From the NCBI GenBank assembly GCA_902766925.1, contig CACXFL010000035.1:1-57665 (forward strand): a DNA stretch of 57,665 nucleotides, read 5' to 3'. The stretch comes from an uncultured bacterium (lineage in GTDB: Bacteria > Bdellovibrionota_B > Oligoflexia > Oligoflexales > CACXFL01). Shown here one piece after another: positions 38,502-48,487 of the stretch. Both the position numbers and the translations under genes were made by a program. How positions within the stretch are numbered: the stretch's first letter is position 1; every line of letters begins with the position of its first letter. Under the pieces are notes generated by a model. The model was not told the DNA's origin and made no database searches. It worked only from the letters and a program-made list of their open reading frames with translations.

Positions 38502-39776
38502 TTAATTTGTTAGTTCATCAATTATTATAGGATACCAGTTAGGATAAAACATAGAATAACTAAATTTAGGTTCGTTATTTACTACTTTAACATAAGTATT
38601 GGTTGTTAAAGTAGATGGTGCTATTTTCATTAACAACCCAAGTCTTTTAGTTGTTTCAGACATAGCAATAGATTTAAAAGAAGTAGATCTATCAAAGTCA
38701 GATTTATTATCTACTATCATAAATCCTATATCGATGTCCCTACTGTTATGTTCATTAAAATATTTAACCTGATCATCTATGTTAGAAACACCCCCATGAA
38801 CATTTCCAGCTTTGATTTTTACTCCTCCTTTTTCAAAACCAATATGTGGAATTAGAGCCCCATATTTTATAATCTTACCAACTCCATTATTTAAAGCCGA
38901 AGTAGCTGAAGCTAGACCACTCTTTGGTAGTACAGTACTAGCCCAGAAGAATGGACTACTTCTAGTATCTCCCATTACTGATTCAGATGCATCAAAAGCC
39001 ATACGTACACTATCTTTTGACCCCATCATGGAGATTCCCTCATATCTAAAACTATACAAAGAATCCAGTTTATTCTTACTTGTTTCAATTGTATCTTTTA
39101 GCTTTTTAACCTTATCTACTCTGTAAATAGCCTGATTTATCTTTTCATCATATACATTATCTATAATCATCGGAGGATCTTCCTGTTGTGGACTTTCTTT
39201 TTCAAAACTAATGTTAGATTCTAAATCTCCCATATTTTTTTGAAAAATATCTTCTGCTTTTGTTAAAGAATATCCAAGCCATGACTTTGCTATACTTTCA
39301 TTGAATAATGAAGCACCAGCTGCTATCTTCATATATGAAGATGCAAAAGGTTTTAATCTATTCCAGTTTGATTGATAACCACCACTTACTAGATCAGTAG
39401 CTATTTGAGGACTAGTTTGAGAAACAACTTTCATTAAAGTCACATATGAAGCAATTATTGGAACAGATGAAGCAATATGTAACGAAGATGCTATAGCAAT
39501 ATTATTTATAGAAATATAATTAAGTCCCTTAGAAGCCGTAGCCCCTAACGCATATGTTGAAAAATCAGAAGAGTTTTGAAGACGAATAAGGTTTTTTACA
39601 GAATTAGCTATATATACATTATAATACAAACCCACGGTTAATAGTACAGCAATACAACAAAACATTACACTGATATTACCTGATTGAGATACTGTTCTAA
39701 ACATCCTACGTGTAAAATAATTATCTGATTTTGATTGTATTTTTAAAACTGATAATCCTATTAACATATTAACCAT
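38502..39776 (-). CDS. TadG-like pilus-associated protein (N-terminal TadE/G-type hydrophobic segment)
   Basis: Last gene of the tad operon. N-terminal ...SQSGNISVMFCCIAVLLTVGLYYNV resembles the TadE/G-like prepilin-type segment. The rest is S/N/A-rich with no family recognised. The start may be the ATG at 39767. Confidence 0.5.
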   Translation of the reverse strand: MVNMLIGLSVLKIQSKSDNYFTRRMFRTVSQSGNISVMFCCIAVLLTVGLYYNVYIANSVKNLIRLQNSSDFSTYALGATASKGLNYISINNIAIASSLHIASSVPIIASYVTLMKVVSQTSPQIATDLVSGGYQSNWNRLKPFASSYMKIAAGASLFNESIAKSWLGYSLTKAEDIFQKNMGDLESNISFEKESPQQEDPPMIIDNVYDEKINQAIYRVDKVKKLKDTIETSKNKLDSLYSFRYEGISMMGSKDSVRMAFDASESVMGDTRSSPFFWASTVLPKSGLASATSALNNGVGKIIKYGALIPHIGFEKGGVKIKAGNVHGGVSNIDDQVKYFNEHNSRDIDIGFMIVDNKSDFDRSTSFKSIAMSETTKRLGLLMKIAPSTLTTNTYVKVVNNEPKFSYSMFYPNWYPIIIDELTN

Positions 39777-39816
39777 TCCTACTTAAATATTAAAATAATC
39801 GAATTCTTATTTTAAC

Positions 39817-40695
39817 TTATTCTTTTGCTATAAATTCGATTTCTCTTAGTTTATCTTCAAAGTATGAAGAAACTTTTGTTATAACACTATTCATAACACT
39901 ATCAATCATCGGATCAATTATAGGTTTAAAACCAGCTTCTGTTATAAGATATGCTCCTTTGGTGGAAATCTCTTTACCAAGTTTCATTAATTTGATAGAA
40001 ACAATAATGTCGAACAAATGATTAGTTCCATTACAATCAGTCTGAAATTTAAAATTCATCATACAATTATCAATATATCTACTTCCCCATCCCGTACCAG
40101 AACCAACAACAAAATAAAGAGGAGTTAATAAATCATTATACGCTTTATCATCTAAAAATCCTGTATCTAAAACAGAATACACCTCATTAATCATAGTGCC
40201 AGGACGGATCATCTGTGATTGAGGATCTATATATTTATATGCCATACCTTCTACAGTTTCTTCATCTTCTTCTTTTCTAATAGAACTAAGTGTTACCACT
40301 TCCATTCTTTTATCTTTTACTTTTCTTACGGTTTCACTAATTATTCTACCATATCCATGATCCTCTAAGTTTCCTTTTACATCTTTCGAGAAACTTGATA
40401 CATCTAGTTTACCCTCCCTATATACAGCCTTATCATTAAAAAACCGAGATTCATCAACACCTTTATCCTTTTTATATTTAAAATCTTTTTTCATCATATC
40501 ATTAGACTGATCTTGACTGTCAGAAAAACCCTCAGCTCTAGCAAGAATTTCCATTCTATGTGCTTTATCAAAATAAGAGTTTAAATATACAAAACCATAC
40601 ATAAATAAACATATCACTGGAGTACATAAAACAAATTCTACAAGTACTCCTCCTCTATTTGATAGAAAATATTTTTTACTGTTACTAATCTTCAT
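39817..40695 (-). CDS. TadE-like pseudopilin
   Basis: I prefer the ATG at 40695 (GGAGAG RBS), which gives MKISNSKKYFLSNRGGVLVEFVLCTPVICLFMYGFVYL. That is a TadE-type N-terminus (R-G-x-x-x-V-E-F plus a hydrophobic helix). The track start is 40731. Confidence 0.65.
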   Translation of the reverse strand: MKISNSKKYFLSNRGGVLVEFVLCTPVICLFMYGFVYLNSYFDKAHRMEILARAEGFSDSQDQSNDMMKKDFKYKKDKGVDESRFFNDKAVYREGKLDVSSFSKDVKGNLEDHGYGRIISETVRKVKDKRMEVVTLSSIRKEEDEETVEGMAYKYIDPQSQMIRPGTMINEVYSVLDTGFLDDKAYNDLLTPLYFVVGSGTGWGSRYIDNCMMNFKFQTDCNGTNHLFDIIVSIKLMKLGKEISTKGAYLITEAGFKPIIDPMIDSVMNSVITKVSSYFEDKLREIEFIAKE

Positions 40696-41344
40696 ATGTT
40701 CTCTCCATTGCTTTATTATGAGAAAACTCACCCATTTTTTTTATCCATTTTTTTACACTATGTTCACCAAAGGCTGTAACAAGTGGAATTGATCCTGACC
40801 AATCCATATTATTATCTTCTAAAAATCTATCTATTTTTAAAGAGTGTGTTTCTTTCATTTGAAGAACAGGTACTGAACTTAAAAATTTTACAAAACCTAA
40901 AATTGGTCTAGAAAAGAAAAACTTTGCTTTATAATTCTTAGTAGCATTAATATAAACAATTTTATCTCGGTATTTACAATCTAGTTCAAATTCATAATCA
41001 TAATTACTCAAATTACATAAACTTCCGTATACATCCTTATGGACAAGTAAGGAACGCCCGTAATCCGTATTAACTCTATCAAATCTTTCTTGATTTTCGT
41101 TCTCATATTCTGCTAGTCCATTTCCTTCTATACTTATTCTAGAAGCAGAAATAGTAAAAGCTCGTGTAAGATAATAAACATCTAATCTAAACTTATATTT
41201 TTGTCCCCAATAACTACACATTTCCAAACCAAACATAAATAATGTTAATATCAATGGTATTACAATAATAAATTCAACAGCTACTGCACCTTGATCTGAT
41301 TTCATACACTTTTTGTCATATGTATTTTTTAAAATATTAAACAT
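40685..41344 (-). CDS. TadE-like pseudopilin
   Basis: N-terminal ...MKSDQGAVAVEFIIVIPLILTLFMFGLEM matches the TadE N-terminal motif. Confidence 0.65.
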   Translation of the reverse strand: MFNILKNTYDKKCMKSDQGAVAVEFIIVIPLILTLFMFGLEMCSYWGQKYKFRLDVYYLTRAFTISASRISIEGNGLAEYENENQERFDRVNTDYGRSLLVHKDVYGSLCNLSNYDYEFELDCKYRDKIVYINATKNYKAKFFFSRPILGFVKFLSSVPVLQMKETHSLKIDRFLEDNNMDWSGSIPLVTAFGEHSVKKWIKKMGEFSHNKAMERTYED

Positions 41345-41373
41345 CTACTCATCCTGTAAATATTTTATAAAAG

Positions 41374-42531
41374 TTAGATATACCATGAGAATGTCAAAAG
41401 TATTGATTCTGTATAGTTTAATTTCTTATTAATAAAAGAATAGTTATATTTAACGTCAAAATACTTTACTGTTCTGTATTCTATACCTAGAGTAAAATTA
41501 GATATATCCATCTGTACAATCAATCCACCACCTAGAATAACAGAATTCTGTGACAACCCCACATTATTTGATCCATTTATTTTTTTACCTGCTTTTAAAT
41601 GTGAATATCCTAATAGTCCTTCAAGACTTAATGCAACTACAGGAATATTAAATTTATGTCCTACAATAAGACTAGTCTCTAAATCCCAACTATAGTTATC
41701 ATTTTCATCAGAATTTCCATAATAATACCCTCCTTCAATTCCCCCAAATATTCCATACTCTTTGTGTTGAAGATATGAAGGCCTATTAACATTATCATCT
41801 ACACTGCGTTTCCTATGGTTTAAAAAAGATAAAAGTGAAAGATTTCCACCGTATAGTCTCTTTGTATTGATCTTTATTAGATTCACTCCTGCAGATATTT
41901 GAGCTTTAATAACATTATCCTCTTCCTGACTATCATTTAACAATCTGTCTAACTTTTCTTGAGTCTTATCTAACTTTAGTGTTTCTAAATTAGTTACAAG
42001 TCTATCTACAAGTAATCCCCCCCAAGAAGAAGTATCTGATATTGGAGAACTAAATTTCTTTTCAACAGCTATACTAAATCCTTGTTTTAATCTATTATAA
42101 ACATAGATTCCACATGAAGAGACAAAACCATTTTGTTCAGATAAACAATCTACTACAAGTATATTCTCAACAGCATAAGTTTCCATTATATACTGTAATG
42201 TAGAAATAGGCTGTTTCCTCTCCTTAGAGTTTAAAAAATCTGTTCTATCTATATAAAGTACAGAATTTAACATATCAATACTTGTAGCTTTAATATGTCT
42301 TAATCCTTCTTCAATTGGAAGAAGATAAAACTTATCAGAGTATGTTGTTCTAATTGAAGATTGTATATCTTGATATAAACTAATAGTTGAACTATTAGGA
42401 TTATTTACATCAACACTCACGAATACAAATATAGACTTAGAAGTATTCTCTAATGCATACGCATTTGAAAATACTAATAGTAAAACAATTACTACTAATA
42501 TTATCTTCTTTTTCTTAATAAATCTTACCAT
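41374..42531 (-). CDS. Secreted protein with a C-terminal small beta-barrel (OmpA-like/OMP_b-brl-like) embedded in the tad operon
   Basis: Signal peptide is MVRFIKKKKIILVVIVLLLVFSNAYA/LE. The C-terminal 130 aa or so alternates hydrophobic and polar residues with G/Y-rich turns (GIFGGIEGGYYYGN..., LSLEGLLGYSHL, VILGGGLIVQMD, TLGIEYRTVKYF) and ends LLTFSWYI. Confidence 0.5.
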   Translation of the reverse strand: MVRFIKKKKIILVVIVLLLVFSNAYALENTSKSIFVFVSVDVNNPNSSTISLYQDIQSSIRTTYSDKFYLLPIEEGLRHIKATSIDMLNSVLYIDRTDFLNSKERKQPISTLQYIMETYAVENILVVDCLSEQNGFVSSCGIYVYNRLKQGFSIAVEKKFSSPISDTSSWGGLLVDRLVTNLETLKLDKTQEKLDRLLNDSQEEDNVIKAQISAGVNLIKINTKRLYGGNLSLLSFLNHRKRSVDDNVNRPSYLQHKEYGIFGGIEGGYYYGNSDENDNYSWDLETSLIVGHKFNIPVVALSLEGLLGYSHLKAGKKINGSNNVGLSQNSVILGGGLIVQMDISNFTLGIEYRTVKYFDVKYNYSFINKKLNYTESILLTFSWYI

Positions 42532-42604
42532 TTTTCTTTATCTCCAAAACCCTAAATATTTTATTAATAGTCTAACAACAAATTACTTATCTAACCTGTA
42601 ACTA

Positions 42605-43459
42605 TTATCCATTTACAAACCAATCAATAATCATTGGAGAGATAAGAAGAGATACTACTGAAGGAAATATACAAAGAAGCATCGGAAATAACATTTTTAC
42701 AGATATTTCTCCTGCCAGATTTTCAAGTCCTTGCATTCTTTCATTTTTAATATCATCTGAAATTTTACTTATAGTTTCTGAAAGATCAGATCCTGTTTCA
42801 ATAGCATAAGATATTGTTGTTATAAAATATGATACTTCATCACTTGATTTAGTATTTACTAATGAGAATGAATCTTTAATAGAAACTCCAAGTTGAATTC
42901 TTTTTATAAAATTTAAAAATTCTTTATGTAGTAAGGAATCTTTTTGATGAGAAGCTTCACTAAAAGCGGAGATAATATCCATTCCAGAACTTAAGCATAA
43001 ACTTACAGTATCTATAAATCCTATGAGATTTGTACTGAATGAAGAGGATCTTAAATTATAATCTCTAATAATTTTTAGATCCATTAGAGCTATTATCATA
43101 ATAGAAGTTATTATAAATAATAGTATTGGCAGAGTTTTAAGTAATAATCCTAAAAACAAAAAGAGTTGAGCTAAAATACAGATGAGTTGAAGTTGAAATC
43201 TTACAAACTCTTTAACAGTTAAATTATAAAACTCAATATAATACTTATCTAAAAACTCTACATATCCTTTTGGAATTTTTTTAATCCAGTTAGATCTATG
43301 AAAAACATAATCAACAAAAGCTTTTCTAATATCTGTTTTAAAATCATATAAGAATAGATCATTAACTATATTAATATATACGTATTTATATAAGATATAA
43401 GTAACTAATAATACGTATACTATATTTAAGATCACCGATATATAAAAATTTATATTCAC
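42605..43459 (-). CDS. tadC: Tad pilus inner-membrane platform protein TadC (T2SS F domain)
   Basis: Polytopic protein with a GspF-like central cytoplasmic domain (..LCLSSGMDIISAFSEASHQ.., ..ISYAIETGSDLSETISKISDDIKNER..). Third position after tadA. Confidence 0.7.
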   Translation of the reverse strand: MNINFYISVILNIVYVLLVTYILYKYVYINIVNDLFLYDFKTDIRKAFVDYVFHRSNWIKKIPKGYVEFLDKYYIEFYNLTVKEFVRFQLQLICILAQLFLFLGLLLKTLPILLFIITSIMIIALMDLKIIRDYNLRSSSFSTNLIGFIDTVSLCLSSGMDIISAFSEASHQKDSLLHKEFLNFIKRIQLGVSIKDSFSLVNTKSSDEVSYFITTISYAIETGSDLSETISKISDDIKNERMQGLENLAGEISVKMLFPMLLCIFPSVVSLLISPMIIDWFVNG

Positions 43460-43471
43460 TAATATCCCCTT

Positions 43472-44311
43472 TTATGTTCCTTTTTCAGAAATATTCATCA
43501 TCTTTCTTATAAAGAAGACACCAATTAGTTCCAATACAATTACCATGGTTAACACCACATGGCCTATACTTGTAGAACAGATTAAAGAAAACATCCTTCT
43601 ATCAAAAAAGAAGTAACCAATTAAAATAGCTGGTGATACTATAATTAAAATTCCAGCTTGAATTCTAACTTGTGAAGTAAGAGAATATAGTTTTCTTTCT
43701 ATATCTTTTTTATCCTGTAATACTTTTGAAATCTTCTCTAATATATGAACTAAATTACCCCCATAAGACAAACATATAAGAATCGGATTAAAAATCATCT
43801 CATATAGTTCTTTATGTTTTGTTTTATATAATTTATGGATTGCTTCATCTAGTGACATACCTAGATTATAATTTACAAGAATTGTTTCAAGCTCTGATCT
43901 AATATCATGGTTATTAACACTAGTTACTGCATTTGAAATGCTTCCGATCAAAGTCATCCCAGATTTTAAAGATACTATCATCGATACAATAAATTCTTCA
44001 ATAGCTATAATCTTTTTCCTATTCGTTAAGGTATTAGAAAAAGAACTAATAATTCCTGGTAAAAATAGATTTATACATATCACTATAATAACAGATAGAA
44101 TAATCTTCATGTTTAATATAAAATTTAGAATCAACCAAACTAAACACGAAAACAAAAAGCTTATATTTCTAATTGAAAATATATTTAAAATAAAATTAGA
44201 TATTTTATTAGTTAGTCCCAATTTATGATCAAAATATATATATACTCTATAAGTTAGATATAAGTATATTAAGACTTTTATAAAATCTATAATTAAATAT
44301 AAAATAGACAT
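43472..44311 (-). CDS. tadB: Tad pilus inner-membrane platform protein TadB (T2SS F domain)
   Basis: GspF-like domain (..MIVSLKSGMTLIGSISNAVTS.., ..ICLSYGGNLVHILEKISKVLQDKKDIERK..). Immediately downstream of tadA. Confidence 0.7.
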   Translation of the reverse strand: MSILYLIIDFIKVLIYLYLTYRVYIYFDHKLGLTNKISNFILNIFSIRNISFLFSCLVWLILNFILNMKIILSVIIVICINLFLPGIISSFSNTLTNRKKIIAIEEFIVSMIVSLKSGMTLIGSISNAVTSVNNHDIRSELETILVNYNLGMSLDEAIHKLYKTKHKELYEMIFNPILICLSYGGNLVHILEKISKVLQDKKDIERKLYSLTSQVRIQAGILIIVSPAILIGYFFFDRRMFSLICSTSIGHVVLTMVIVLELIGVFFIRKMMNISEKGT

Positions 44312-44326
44312 AACATACCCTCTAGA

Positions 44327-46000
44327 CTAGGTTAAACTTATTTTTGAAATATCCATATCATCTAAGTATATTTCTTCCTTATCACAAAACTCCTTAATAG
44401 AATCAATATCCTGGATTAACTCATAATTAAGTCCTGTACGTTGAAATAAATCACATGTGATATAATTAGTCCCAGTACTATCAAGCCCTTTTAACCAGCA
44501 AATTTCTGATACCATTCTTTTTCCATTACTATTTTTTTTCTGATATACAATAATTTTTACAGCAGTACTAATTTGTTGACGAATAGCAAAAAGAGGAAGA
44601 GAAGATCCCATAAGAACCATAGTCTCTAACCTAAATAAAAGTTCATGAGCAGAATTAGCATGAACACTTGTCATAGATCCGTCATGACCAGTATTCATAG
44701 CTTGAAGCATATCTATAGCTTCTTCTCCTCTACACTCCCCTACAATTATTCTATCTGGTCTCATTCTAAGAGAGTTTTTAACAAGATCTCTAATTTTAAC
44801 TGATCCTCTTCCTTCGGTGTTTGAAACTCTACATTCCAGTGGTACAACATGTGTTTGTTTAAGTTGAAGTTCTGCTGAGTCCTCTATTGTTACTATTCTT
44901 TCTCTATCTGGTATAAAACTTGATAAAACATTAAGTAGGGTGGTTTTTCCAGAACTAGTTCCTCCACTTAAAACTAGGTTTTTTCTTGATTCTACCACTC
45001 TTTTTAAAAACCAGGATTCCTGAGTGGAGATAGATTTATAATTAATAAGATCATCAATACTTATTCTTTTTTTAGGAAACTTTCTGATAGTTAACAGTGG
45101 TCCTCTAATAGAAATAGGTGGCAGTACTGCATTAATACGAGATCCATCTAATAATCTAGCATCTACAATAGGAGAAGATTTATCTATTCTTCTACCTACA
45201 CGAGAAACCATCCTTTGAATAACAGTGGTGAGTTGAAGTTCTGAATCAAATTTAACATCTGTTAAAGTTAAATTACCTGATTTTTCAATAAATATCTGAT
45301 CAGTACCATTTACCATTACTTCACTAATTGAATCATCCTTAAGTAATGGCTCAATTGGGCCCATCCCCAAAACATCATCTAAGATAGTATTTTCTAACTT
45401 TATTTTCAGCTCTTCTTTTTCATGATCTAATAATGAAATATTCTCGGTACTCTCATTTATTAATTTCTTTAAATTTAACTTTATTTTATTTACCAAATCA
45501 AGGTTAGTGATTCCCCTAGACATAGTATCAATTACATCTAGCTGATCTAAATTTAGATCAGCTAGAAGTTTCTGATAGATACTTGATTTAAGATCTGAAA
45601 AAGAATTTTTAATTTTTTGATGTGTAACTTCTTCTAATTTATAACTTACATTTAAAATAAATTTAATACGATCTATATAGAATTCAAAATAATCTCCAAT
45701 ATAAATTATCTGATTCTTATTTAATTTCTTCTTATCTACAAATACCTTACAACTACTATCTTCTAAACATTGAAGAAACATCAGTTCATCAGTAAAACTA
45801 AGAAGACAAGCTTTATGATATCTATTATCTAATTCATTTGATTTATCATGTTCTAAAAAAGATTTTACATTAACTTTTTCATCATCATTTATATAGATAT
45901 AATAAGCTCTATCAGTCAGGTTAAAACTAGAACTAATTTGTTTTTGTTTTAACGAGGCCTTTTCAAATATATCCAACTTTATGATACAGTTTTCTAACAT
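44327..46000 (-). CDS. tadA: Tad/CpaF-family secretion ATPase with an N-terminal FHA-like extension
   Basis: Walker A LSGGTSSGKTTLLN, Asp box IVTIEDSAEL, Walker B RIIVGECRGEEA, His box TGHDGSMTSVHAN. The N-terminal 130 aa or so carries an FHA-like strand pattern (...KVFVDKKKLNKNQIIYIGDYFEFYIDRIKFILN). Confidence 0.9.
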   Translation of the reverse strand: MLENCIIKLDIFEKASLKQKQISSSFNLTDRAYYIYINDDEKVNVKSFLEHDKSNELDNRYHKACLLSFTDELMFLQCLEDSSCKVFVDKKKLNKNQIIYIGDYFEFYIDRIKFILNVSYKLEEVTHQKIKNSFSDLKSSIYQKLLADLNLDQLDVIDTMSRGITNLDLVNKIKLNLKKLINESTENISLLDHEKEELKIKLENTILDDVLGMGPIEPLLKDDSISEVMVNGTDQIFIEKSGNLTLTDVKFDSELQLTTVIQRMVSRVGRRIDKSSPIVDARLLDGSRINAVLPPISIRGPLLTIRKFPKKRISIDDLINYKSISTQESWFLKRVVESRKNLVLSGGTSSGKTTLLNVLSSFIPDRERIVTIEDSAELQLKQTHVVPLECRVSNTEGRGSVKIRDLVKNSLRMRPDRIIVGECRGEEAIDMLQAMNTGHDGSMTSVHANSAHELLFRLETMVLMGSSLPLFAIRQQISTAVKIIVYQKKNSNGKRMVSEICWLKGLDSTGTNYITCDLFQRTGLNYELIQDIDSIKEFCDKEEIYLDDMDISKISLT

Positions 46001-46034
46001 TATTTACCTTTCCAAACCCTCAACTTTCTATTTA

Positions 46035-46841
46035 TCAGTTAATTAATTTCCCTTTTTCCTTAATTTTAAGTTTTCCACCCCCAGAAACTTTGTTGATACC
46101 TTCATAATCTAAAAAACTATTAACATCTATTCCTGAAGATTGACGACGTTCTAAATCTTTAGGATTTCTTAGACTAATTGAAAATGAACCATGTTGTTTA
46201 GCAAATTGAAGCATTTCAACATCTTTATTATCTACAAAGAAACTTATACTAGTACCATTAGGTGTTAACTCCTGAGAAACAATTGAAGCTTTTCCAATAG
46301 CTACAATTGATACATTTTGAAGTACAGTAAATACTGTATTTCCTCTTCCTTCTAAAGGAATTGAAGCAAGAATATCTACCTTATCATTAGGACGAATAAA
46401 TCCATTATGTAAATCTTGAGAAGAATCTTGTACCTGAAGTGTAAACAAACGTTTACCTTCAGGTATTCTATCTGATAAAGTTTGATTTAAATACTTTGTT
46501 TTTATATTAGATAGAAGAATAGGATCTCCAGCTTTAAGATCCGTTCCGATTGCTTTTCCTATAATCATATCTATCATTCCAATATCTACGGTATTTGCTG
46601 TAATATTCTTATTAAGCATTGATACCGTTGCTATATTTTTTTTATCTAGAATAGTTCCTTCTTTTAAATCAACATTTGCACATATAATTTTAGACGTTGG
46701 AAACTCTTCACGTACCTGACGAATATACTGTATTCTTGATATGTTACTGATATACGTAATAACTATAGCAAGAACTATTGCCGATATAATAAGATAGTTT
46801 CTTTTATTAAAAATTTTCTTCTTATCTATTAGAAATTTCAT
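46035..46841 (-). CDS. cpaB: Flp pilus assembly protein CpaB/RcpC (SAF domain)
   Basis: N-terminal TM helix YLIISAIVLAIVITYI, then a SAF-like segment KIICANVDLKEGTILDKKNIATVSM and the RcpC-like ...DKVDILASIP...TVLQNVSIVAIG. Confidence 0.7.
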   Translation of the reverse strand: MKFLIDKKKIFNKRNYLIISAIVLAIVITYISNISRIQYIRQVREEFPTSKIICANVDLKEGTILDKKNIATVSMLNKNITANTVDIGMIDMIIGKAIGTDLKAGDPILLSNIKTKYLNQTLSDRIPEGKRLFTLQVQDSSQDLHNGFIRPNDKVDILASIPLEGRGNTVFTVLQNVSIVAIGKASIVSQELTPNGTSISFFVDNKDVEMLQFAKQHGSFSISLRNPKDLERRQSSGIDVNSFLDYEGINKVSGGGKLKIKEKGKLIN

Positions 46842-47637
46842 AAATACTTATTTCTCCTGTATTTGATCTTGTTTTATTAATATCTACAAACAAAGCATTG
46901 TCTTTATGTCCGACTTGGTCTGATTTAACTAGTAATAAGTGATAAAATTTATCTACTTTTTTATCATTAAAACTTTGATTTATATTTTTGTAATCTTTAC
47001 TGATTGAAGATATGATTTTATCCTTAAACTCAGGATAAGGAACTAAAGATACCCCATGATAAATTTGTATTTGATAATTTTTAATTTGATGTTTAATACT
47101 AGTATCTACTTTAATAAAAGAACTATCTTTTAATATTTTTCTATCTATAGTTAAACTGTCAGCTATCTTTTTAGATTTAAGCTTATCCTCTGATCCAAAA
47201 CTAATTAACTGTGCATCTTTTTGTGTTAAAGTGGAAAGAATACAGGTTTTATTACAATTATCAGTACTACTTCCTATTTTTAAACTTGTATAGATAATAA
47301 ATAAGTTATCTTTTTTTAAGTTATTAGAAACGTACACATGAGTAAACCCGTAAGAAGGATTTGTTATCTCAATATAATCCTTACCTAACTTTGAAAGCAA
47401 GGATGATGAATCAGGACAGGTGTTTAAAAAATATGACGGAACGGATATAGAGTTAATTGTTGTATCTATTTTTTCTTTTATTAACTTATCAATATTAAAG
47501 GTAGAGGCAAAACAAATCCCATCATTCTTATCTATACAGTCCAATATAATCAACACGAAACCTGCTACTATAGATACTTTTATCAATAGTAGTATATAAT
47601 TGAAGATATAATCTATTATGCATTTAATTTTAAACAT
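46822..47637 (-). CDS. Hypothetical membrane-anchored protein, first gene of the tad operon
   Basis: I prefer the ATG at 47637, with AGAGGAGAAATT immediately upstream. It gives MFKIKCIIDYIFNYILLLIKVSIVAGFVLIILDC. The track start 47718 has no RBS. No family recognised. Confidence 0.55.
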   Translation of the reverse strand: MFKIKCIIDYIFNYILLLIKVSIVAGFVLIILDCIDKNDGICFASTFNIDKLIKEKIDTTINSISVPSYFLNTCPDSSSLLSKLGKDYIEITNPSYGFTHVYVSNNLKKDNLFIIYTSLKIGSSTDNCNKTCILSTLTQKDAQLISFGSEDKLKSKKIADSLTIDRKILKDSSFIKVDTSIKHQIKNYQIQIYHGVSLVPYPEFKDKIISSISKDYKNINQSFNDKKVDKFYHLLLVKSDQVGHKDNALFVDINKTRSNTGEISIYEISNR

Positions 47638-47795
47638 AATTTCTCCTCTTAAACCAATATAGTATGAAAGAGGAAAAATCATTTGATTCAAATTGCTACA
47701 TAATACAAGAATAAACAATAATCTCTATAAATCAGCTGATTTTAAGAGGTTATGGTTTATTACCAATCTATTTAATATTTTAAAATTACCTAATT

Positions 47796-48416
47796 CTAGT
47801 TTGATCCTTGTTCTTTTCTAGATTTTAACTTTCTATATACGAGATATCCTACACAAGCACATATAAATATTACAAAAATAACAATATTTCCATCTTTTAT
47901 AACCTGAATAACCTTAGATCCAAAAGTATAGTACAGGCTAAAATAAACCGCAGTAGTAAGTACAGATGCAACAAGATCCCAACACATAAACTTAGGCCAT
48001 CTTATCTTTACAAAACCAGCTGACATAAAAAGAAGGTTTCTTACTCCAAAAGGAATAAATCTACCTATAAGAAGAACAAAAATACCGTATCTGGAATAAT
48101 AGTTACCTACCTGTTCCACCTTTTCTTTTTTCAAGGATTTAGATAAAAACTTAATTTTCCATATAGCAGGACCTAAAATCTTTCCAATACTAAATGAGAT
48201 AAGATCACTTCCATATATTCCTAGGTATAACCCTATAATCAAAGGATATAGATAGTTAGTATGTTCATGAGCAAGACAAGCTGTTATAAATATCATCAAA
48301 TCTTCTGATACAGGTAGATTAAGCCCTGCAAGAAGTAGTACTCCACAAATAATAAAAGGAGCTAAATGAATATTATTTTGAATAATCTCTACCACAGAAT
48401 CCATCATACAAGACAC
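47796..48416 (-). CDS. DedA/VTT-domain family membrane protein
   Basis: ...GLNLPVSEDLMIFITA..., ...YYSRYGIFVLLIGRFIPFGVRNLLFMSAGF... is typical of the DedA (SNARE-associated) family. Confidence 0.8.
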   Translation of the reverse strand: MSCMMDSVVEIIQNNIHLAPFIICGVLLLAGLNLPVSEDLMIFITACLAHEHTNYLYPLIIGLYLGIYGSDLISFSIGKILGPAIWKIKFLSKSLKKEKVEQVGNYYSRYGIFVLLIGRFIPFGVRNLLFMSAGFVKIRWPKFMCWDLVASVLTTAVYFSLYYTFGSKVIQVIKDGNIVIFVIFICACVGYLVYRKLKSRKEQGSN

Positions 48417-48487
48417 CTCTTTGTTCTTTGTATCTGAAAATAAATATTTATAATAAATAAGACTAATTATATATTTTTACAATACTA

